Position numbers and translations under genes: made by a program. From positions 12 to 64,011 of the forward strand of contig CAMDUN010000008.1 of assembly GCA_945878665.1 (NCBI GenBank): DNA of 64,000 nt. Direction: 5' to 3'. This document shows positions 58,113 to 64,000 of the stretch, piece after piece; positions within the stretch are counted from its first letter, which is position 1; each line of letters begins with the position of its first letter. The DNA comes from an uncultured Clostridia bacterium (lineage in GTDB: Bacteria > Bacillota > Clostridia > Oscillospirales > Oscillospiraceae). The notes under the pieces were generated by a model. That model was not told the origin of the DNA. It did not search any database and saw only the letters and a program-made list of their open reading frames with translations.

Positions 58113-59890
58113 CAGTCGTCCTTCTCCACTTCGCCCACGATGGCGATGTGCAGCTCGTCCAGCTGCTTCTGCTCCACGGTGGAGGGCGCGCCCATCATGA
58201 TGTCCTGGGCGTTCTTGTTCATGGGGAAGGGGATGATCTCGCGGATGGAGCTTTCGCCGGCCAGCAGCATGACCATGCGATCCACGCCCGGGGCGATGCC
58301 GGCGTGGGGCGGCGCACCGTAGCAGAAGGCGTTATACATGGCGGGGAACTTCTTCTTCACATCCTCCTCGCCCAGGCGCACCAGCTCGAAGGCCTTGATC
58401 ATGATCTCCGGGTCGTGGTTACGCACTGCGCCGGAGGAGAGCTCCACGCCGTTGCACACCAGGTCGTACTGATTGGCGTAGATGTCCAGCGGGTCGATCT
58501 CGCCCCGCTCGGCCTTCAGCAGCACGTCCATGCCGCCGTTGGGCATGGAGAACGGGTTGTGGCAGAACTCCAGCTCACCGCTTTCGTCGCCGATCTCGTA
58601 CATGGGGAAGTCCACGATCCAGCAGAACTCGTAGCGCTCCTTGTCGAAATGGTTCTCGCAGGCCGCGCCGAAGGTCTTGATGAGCACACCGGCGGACTTG
58701 GTGGCGTACTGGCCCGCCGCCGCCACCACCAGCGTGTTGGGCTTGAGGGTCAGCACCTTGGAAAGCGCGTCCTTCATGGGGGCGACGAACTTGGCGATGC
58801 CGCCGGCCAGCTCACCGTTCTCGTCCACCTTGAACCAGTAGGCCCTCGAGCCGGACTGCACCTCGCAGTCGGTGAGCAGCTTCTCCACCTGCTTGCGGGT
58901 CAGGGCGCAGTCGGTGATGTCGATCATCTTGACGGTCTGGCCCTTGAGAGCCTCGAACTCGCAGTCAGCGAACAGGTCGGTGACGTTCTTGCACGTCAGG
59001 TCGATACGCAGGTCGGGCTTGTCCGAGCCATACGTCTCCATGGCGGTGTTGTATGGGATGCGGCGGAAGGGCGCGGCGGAGGCCACGTTGTACGTGCCGA
59101 ACTTGGCAAAGATGGGGGGCAGCACGTCCTCCAGCACGGCGAAAACGTCGTCCTGGGTGGCGAAGGCCATCTCCATATCCAGCTGGTAGAACTCGCCGGG
59201 GGAGCGGTCGCCGCGGGCGTCCTCATCGCGGAAGCAGGGGGCGATCTGGAAATAGCGGTCGAAGCCGGAGGTCATGAGCAGCTGCTTGAACTGCTGGGGC
59301 GCTTGAGGCAGGGCGTAGAACTTGCCGGGGTGCTTGCGGGCGGGGACGAGGTAGTCACGCGCACCCTCGGGGGAGGAGGCCGTCAGAATGGGGGTGGTGA
59401 TCTCCAGGAAGCCGTGCTCGGTCATGGCGGCGCGGAGGGCGGCCACCACCTGGCAGCGCAGGATGATGTTCTGCTTCACCGCCGGGTTACGCAGGTCGAG
59501 GTAGCGGTACTTCAGGCGGGCCGTCTCGTCGGCCTCGCGGCTGCGGTTGATCTCGAAGGGCAGGGAGTTGTAGCGGCAGCGGCCCAGCACCTCGATCTTG
59601 CTGGGGACGACCTCCACATCGCCGGTGGCCTGCTTGGGGTTCTTGCTGGCGCGCTCACGCACCACGCCCTCCACGGAGATGGTGGACTCCTTGTTCAGGC
59701 CGTTAATAATGGTCATCATGTCCTCGGTCTCCACCACCACCTGGGTCGTGCCGTAGAAGTCACGCAGCACCACGAAGGCGAAGTTCTGACCCACGGTGCG
59801 GACGTTCTCCATCCAGCCCACGATCTTGACCTGCTGGCCCACGTGTTCCATACGCAGCTCGTTGCAGGTATGTGTACGCATCTGCATCAT
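58112..59890 (-). CDS. aspS: Aspartate--tRNA ligase
   Basis: RTHTCNEL, LPQAPQ, CFRDED and PPHAG motifs. Confidence 0.96.
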   Translation of the reverse strand: MMQMRTHTCNELRMEHVGQQVKIVGWMENVRTVGQNFAFVVLRDFYGTTQVVVETEDMMTIINGLNKESTISVEGVVRERASKNPKQATGDVEVVPSKIEVLGRCRYNSLPFEINRSREADETARLKYRYLDLRNPAVKQNIILRCQVVAALRAAMTEHGFLEITTPILTASSPEGARDYLVPARKHPGKFYALPQAPQQFKQLLMTSGFDRYFQIAPCFRDEDARGDRSPGEFYQLDMEMAFATQDDVFAVLEDVLPPIFAKFGTYNVASAAPFRRIPYNTAMETYGSDKPDLRIDLTCKNVTDLFADCEFEALKGQTVKMIDITDCALTRKQVEKLLTDCEVQSGSRAYWFKVDENGELAGGIAKFVAPMKDALSKVLTLKPNTLVVAAAGQYATKSAGVLIKTFGAACENHFDKERYEFCWIVDFPMYEIGDESGELEFCHNPFSMPNGGMDVLLKAERGEIDPLDIYANQYDLVCNGVELSSGAVRNHDPEIMIKAFELVRLGEEDVKKKFPAMYNAFCYGAPPHAGIAPGVDRMVMLLAGESSIREIIPFPMNKNAQDIMMGAPSTVEQKQLDELHIAIVGEVEKDD

Positions 59891-59981
59891 CGTTGTATCC
59901 TCCTAAAATGATTATGGATTGTATAATTTGGTTGGAATATTACGAATGGTTGTTGTGGTTACGGAATTTTATATAGAGAAT

Positions 59982-60085
59982 TGTCATTGCGAACCAGTGC
60001 TCACACGGGTGCGGCGATCCGTTCTCTTTAGGCGGGGGATACGGATTCCCACGGCAGTGACATCGGTCACTGCCTCGGAATGACA
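59982..60085. repeat. GTCATT...AATGAC element
   Basis: Near-identical inverted copy of 61988-62091. Confidence 0.8.
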
Positions 60086-60111
60086 GGGGAAGGGGCGGAA
60101 ATGTGTCCGCT

Positions 60112-61470
60112 TTACTTCTCCAAAATGACCGTGCCTTTATTCCGCTCCGCCAGGCCGGCCTGGATGCGGGCAAGCGTCTCGTCAAAGGGCAGGGTGGTCT
60201 GTTCGCCGGAGGTCATGTCCTTGCAGGCGATGACGCCGGCCTTGATCTCGTCCTCGCCCAGGAACAGGACGTAGGGCACGCCGGTCTTGTCGGCGTAGTT
60301 CATCTTGGCCTTGAACTTCTTCTGCTCTGTGTAGAGCTGGGTGCGGATGTCCGCGTCGCGCAGGCGGGTGGCCAGGGTGACGGCGGCGGACAGATCCTCG
60401 GTCATGGGCAGGATGAGCACGTCCGCCGGGGCGGTGGGCAGGTCGGGGTTCAGCATACCCTGCTCACCCAGCACGTAGAACAGGCGGGTCAGGCCGATGG
60501 AGATGCCCACGCCGGGGAGCTGCTTGTCGGTGTAGTAGGCGGCCAGGTTGTCGTACCGTCCGCCGGAGCAGACAGAGCCGATCTCCGGGTGATCCAGCAG
60601 GGTGGTCTCGTACACCGTGCCGGTGTAGTAGTCCAGACCACGGGCGATGGTCAGATCCACGGCGAAGTTCTCCGCCGGAACGCCGAAGGCACTGAGGTAT
60701 TTCACCACGGTCTTGAGCTGCTCCAGCCCCTCGTCAAACATCTCGTTCCGGCCCGTGTAGCCCTCCAGCGCGGAGAGCACCTGGTCGTTGCCGCCGGTGA
60801 TGGCGATGAACTTCAGAATTTCATCGGCGTTTTCGGCAGACACGCCCGCCTCGCCGATGAGCAGGTCGCGAACCTTGTCCGGGCCGATCTTGTCCAGCTT
60901 GTCCACGGTACGCATAATGTCGCCGGACTGCTCCGTCAGGCCCAGCATGGCGTAGAACCCGTTGAGGATCTTGCGGTTGTTCACCCGGATGCAGAAGCGC
61001 TTCAGACCCAGCCGGGTGAAGGCGCGGTAGATAATGGCGGGCATCTCCGCCTCGTTGGTGATGTCCAGCTTGCCGTCGCCGATAACGTCGATGTCGGCCT
61101 GATAGAACTCCCGGAAGCGCCCGCGCTGGGCGCGCTCGCCGCGGTAGACCTTGCCGATCTGATAGCGGCGGAAGGGGAAGGACAGGTCGTTGTAGTGCAG
61201 GGCCACGTATTTGGCCAGCGGTACGGTCAGGTCGAACCGCAGGGCCAGGTCAGCGTCGCCCTTGTTGAAGCGGTAGATCTGCTTTTCCGTCTCGCCGCCG
61301 CCCTTGGCCAGCAGCACCTCCGCCGCCTCGATGACCGGGGTGTCCAGCGGGGTGAAGCCGTAAAGGCTGTACGTGCGGCGCAGAATGTCCATCATGCGCT
61401 CCATCTGCTGCTGGGGACGGGGCAGCAGCTCCATAAAGCCCGACAGGGTGCGGGGTGTCATCTCAGCCAT
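60112..61470 (-). CDS. hisS: Histidine--tRNA ligase
   Basis: LRFDLT, RFREFYQ, RGLDYYTG and GGRYD motifs. Confidence 0.96.
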   Translation of the reverse strand: MAEMTPRTLSGFMELLPRPQQQMERMMDILRRTYSLYGFTPLDTPVIEAAEVLLAKGGGETEKQIYRFNKGDADLALRFDLTVPLAKYVALHYNDLSFPFRRYQIGKVYRGERAQRGRFREFYQADIDVIGDGKLDITNEAEMPAIIYRAFTRLGLKRFCIRVNNRKILNGFYAMLGLTEQSGDIMRTVDKLDKIGPDKVRDLLIGEAGVSAENADEILKFIAITGGNDQVLSALEGYTGRNEMFDEGLEQLKTVVKYLSAFGVPAENFAVDLTIARGLDYYTGTVYETTLLDHPEIGSVCSGGRYDNLAAYYTDKQLPGVGISIGLTRLFYVLGEQGMLNPDLPTAPADVLILPMTEDLSAAVTLATRLRDADIRTQLYTEQKKFKAKMNYADKTGVPYVLFLGEDEIKAGVIACKDMTSGEQTTLPFDETLARIQAGLAERNKGTVILEK

Positions 61471-61921
61471 TTTCCGTATCTCCTTTATCTTCGGTGTTTT
61501 CCTCGTGCTCCTCCAGCGCCGCCGCGCCGCTCTCCAGCGTGTGGGACGCGGTCTCACGGGCGGCCTGGGCGGCGGCCTCGTGCTTCAGCTCCCAGGCCAC
61601 GTCGCGGTAGATGGCGTCCAGCTCCGCTCCCTTCTTTTTGCCCAGCTTACCGATGAGGATGCCCAGCACTACGGACAGAGGCAGGCCCACGTACCACAGC
61701 CGGGTGGCCAGCACCAGGACGAAGCCCACCAGGATGCCGAGCCACGCGCCGATCTCGGTGTAGTTGTGGCCCACGACGTGGTACGCGCCCTTTTTCTCCC
61801 GGAGGGCGGCGATGTGCTTCAGCTGGGCCAGGCATACAATGATACGCAGCACGGCCAGCGCGGTGAGGGGGATGAATACGTCGTACAGGTGCTTGTTGAT
61901 GAAGTCAATGACAGTCTGCAT
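61463..61921 (-). CDS. Hypothetical membrane protein, first gene after the T-box
   Basis: Three hydrophobic segments, AAGGAG RBS, overlaps the hisS start. Confidence 0.7.
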   Translation of the reverse strand: MQTVIDFINKHLYDVFIPLTALAVLRIIVCLAQLKHIAALREKKGAYHVVGHNYTEIGAWLGILVGFVLVLATRLWYVGLPLSVVLGILIGKLGKKKGAELDAIYRDVAWELKHEAAAQAARETASHTLESGAAALEEHEENTEDKGDTENG

Positions 61922-61987
61922 GGTGATCTCCTTGTGGTACAGAATAAATCTCCCGATCCTGCGCCGCGTTCTCACGTGGATCAGCCC

Positions 61988-62091
61988 TGTCATTCCGAGC
62001 CAGTGACCGATGTCACCGGCGCGGGAATCCGTCTCCCCAAGGGAATGGGGAACGGATTGCCGCACCAGTGTGAGCACTGGTTCGCAATGAC
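61988..62091. repeat. GTCATT...AATGAC element
   Basis: Same family as the copies at 46937, 55054 and 59982. Confidence 0.8.
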
Positions 62092-62119
62092 GATGTGGGA
62101 ACGGCTTGCCGAATGGGAA

Positions 62120-62358
62120 GAATAAAAAAGCGCTCCCGTCCCGGCATTGGGACGAGAGCGGAAAACGCTTCGTGGTGCCACCCAAATTCGGCCCGATGAG
62201 GCCCTTTTTGCTCCTGGTACGGGGAGCGCGCCGTGGATGTTTCCATCCCCGCTCGTTCGCTGTCTTGACCGACTCCTTGCCGCGACGCGCTTTCAGCCCA
62301 AGGGCGCGTCTCTCTGCTGCGGCGGTGTGGCGGCTACTCCTGCGAGGTCAACACGGTT
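62120..62358 (-). ncRNA. T-box riboswitch, probable Asp (GAC) specifier
   Basis: AATTTGGGTGGCACCACG T-box, AG box and GCTGAAA loop, terminator with T-tract. Specifier loop CAA-GAC-A at 62264-62262. Confidence 0.85.
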
Positions 62359-62365
62359 ACACTTT

Positions 62366-62394
62366 ATTGTATGCGATTTGCCGCGGGTTGTCAA
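62366..62394 (-). promoter_or_regulatory. SigA promoter of the T-box/hisS-aspS operon
   Basis: TTGACA-17-TACAAT. Confidence 0.85.
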
Positions 62395-62422
62395 GCCGCC
62401 GGGTGTATTTTTTGTACCCTTA

Positions 62423-62699
62423 CACTGAAGGCATACTTTGTGTATATCGAAGCGCCGCAGCGACCTATCGGCGAAAAAGCCCCGCCGCCTTCGGCGGCGC
62501 GCTATTTTTCGTCAAGACGAGGCGCAACACTGAAGGCATACTTTGTGTATGTCGAAGCGCCGCAGCGACCTACCGGCGAAAAAGCCCCGCCGCCTTCGGC
62601 GGCGCGCTATTTTTCGTCAAGACGAGGCGCAGCACTGAAGGCATACTTTGTGTATGTCGAAGTGCTGCAACGACGTACCGGCGAAAAAGCCCGCCGCCT
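62423..62699. repeat. 105-bp tandem repeat, about 2.6 copies
   Basis: Units start CACTGAAGGCATACTTTGTGTAT at 62423, 62528 and 62633. Confidence 0.9.
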
Positions 62700-63567
62700 A
62701 CACGCCCTCGCCATCGAACGCCGGCGTATACGCCTCCTCCGCCGAGGTTCGCTCCTGCACGAACCCATCCGTGATGCCGCAGTTCCGCATATAGTCCGCC
62801 GCGGCCCGGTACTCCGCCGCCGTGACCCGCCGGGCCAGCCGCCCGGTCATGTTGGCTGTGGGCGTGTACTGACTCATCAGCGACACCAGCACGTCCCCCG
62901 GCGCGAACGTCTCCGCGATCCAGTCCAGCACCCGCCGGGTGTTGTCCAAGTACCCCGGCAGCACCAAGTGCCGGATGACCACACCCCGCGTCAAGAGCCC
63001 GTCCTCCAGCACGTAAGGCCCGACCTGCCGGAACATCTCCCGGATGGCCTCACAGGCCACGGGGAAATAGTCCGCCGCGCCGGACAGCTCTGCTGCCAGC
63101 GTCCCGTCCGCGTACTTCAGATCCGGCAGATACACGTCCACCAGCCCCTCCAGCGCCCGCAGCGTTTCCACCCGCTCGTACCCGCCGCAGTTATACACCA
63201 CCGGCACGGGCAGCCGGGGCGTCAGCGCCGGCAATATCCACGGCAGGAAATGAGTGGGCGTCACCAGCTCGATGTTGTGCGCCCCCTGTGCGATCAGCTC
63301 CTCGAAAATCTCCCGAAGCCGTGCCGTGGAGATGTCCTTCCCGAAGCCCCCGGCGGAGATGTCCCCGTTCTGGCAGTATACGCACCCCAGGGTGCAGCCG
63401 GAGAAAAACACCGTCCCCGCGCCGTTTTGCCCGGAGATAGGCGGTTCTTCCCAGTGGTGCAGCATGGCCCGCGCCACCCGCAGCCCTCCGGGCATACGGC
63501 AGAAGCCGCCGCCCGCCTCCGCCGTCCGTTCCGCCCCGCACCGGCGGGGACACAGCGTGCAGATCAT
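62698..63567 (-). CDS. Radical SAM protein (PflX-like)
   Basis: N-terminal CTLCPRRC, CTLGCVYC cluster motif, VVIRHLVLPG. Confidence 0.88.
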   Translation of the reverse strand: MICTLCPRRCGAERTAEAGGGFCRMPGGLRVARAMLHHWEEPPISGQNGAGTVFFSGCTLGCVYCQNGDISAGGFGKDISTARLREIFEELIAQGAHNIELVTPTHFLPWILPALTPRLPVPVVYNCGGYERVETLRALEGLVDVYLPDLKYADGTLAAELSGAADYFPVACEAIREMFRQVGPYVLEDGLLTRGVVIRHLVLPGYLDNTRRVLDWIAETFAPGDVLVSLMSQYTPTANMTGRLARRVTAAEYRAAADYMRNCGITDGFVQERTSAEEAYTPAFDGEGV

Positions 63568-64000
63568 GTTTTGTGGATGTCAAAGTCCGGCCCGAGATCG
63601 CCGGCCATCCAGTGGCGGCGGCACAGGCCGATGTACTTGTCATTCGCGCCCAGCACCACCTGCGCGCCCTCCTTCACCACCCGTCCGTTCTCGTCGAACC
63701 GGGCGTTGAACGCCGCCTTCTTGCCGCACCAGCAGATGGTCTTGACCTCCTCCAGCTTGTCCGCCAGCACCAGCAGATGATAGCTGCCGGGGAACAGGTC
63801 GCCCTTGAAGTCCGCCCGCAGCCCGTAGCAGATCACGGGGATGTTGCAGTCGTCCACCAGGTGTACCAGGTAGTACACCTCCTCCTTTGTCAGAAACTGC
63901 GCCTCGTCGATGATGATGCAGGCGTAGCGCTGCAATTCTTCATCCGTCATGGCCTGCATCTCGTCGAAATAGACGCAGGGGTGCTGCAAGCCGATGCGGG
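63564..64000 (-). CDS. tdk: Thymidine kinase, 5'-truncated by window edge
   Basis: RIGL, IDEAQFL, YGLRADF and zinc-binding CWC...C motifs. Confidence 0.93.
   Translation of the reverse strand, partial: RIGLQHPCVYFDEMQAMTDEELQRYACIIIDEAQFLTKEEVYYLVHLVDDCNIPVICYGLRADFKGDLFPGSYHLLVLADKLEEVKTICWCGKKAAFNARFDENGRVVKEGAQVVLGANDKYIGLCRRHWMAGDLGPDFDIHKT

Noticed and set aside
62549-62661. TGTCGAA (Spo0A box) inside the 105-bp repeats
   Set aside because: The first unit lacks it, 7-mers are frequent by chance, and there is no supporting promoter context.
62423-62699. Possible CRISPR array
   Set aside because: Units are near-identical over their full 105 bp, with no unique spacers and no cas genes.
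62106-63780. ORFs with the repeated peptide TLKAYFVY...
   Set aside because: A by-product of a repeat period divisible by 3. They overlap the T-box, the promoter and the radical SAM gene.

Overview
High-GC chromosomal segment of a spore-forming Clostridia member, most likely Oscillospiraceae (inferred from gene content, codon usage and repeat types). Four parS sites beside parAB suggest it lies near the replication origin. Most of the window is housekeeping: CIRCE-groESL, two tRNA clusters, prmA, mnmE, pnp-rpsO, minD, rsmG, mscL, serS, parAB, zapA-U32-dut-maf-mreCD-pbp2, dnaD/dnaC-like, noc-like, spoIIID, T-box-hisS-aspS-alaX and tdk. No CRISPR array, rRNA gene or intact autonomous mobile element was seen. 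The best candidate for an undescribed system is the minus-strand operon at 11.7-18.8 kb. It encodes a 1581-aa protein with HDIG phosphohydrolase, HEAT-like, NadD-like nucleotidyltransferase, GNAT-like and PRTase-like regions, followed by an atypical LDH/MDH-fold dehydrogenase, a tandem flavodoxin/Fe-S flavoprotein and a ferredoxin. Other notable observations: a standalone protein resembling the DUF1874/AcrIII-1 fold without its catalytic GH motif; a hairpin-duplicating MITE that has copied a parS site; tandem repeats built from the tRNA-Tyr 3' end; an orphan three-operator repressor switch; spoIIID with no canonical start codon; two LysR/small-membrane-protein modules; a degenerate mgsA; and several REP-like families. 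All assignments are by-eye motif recognition; no searches were run.
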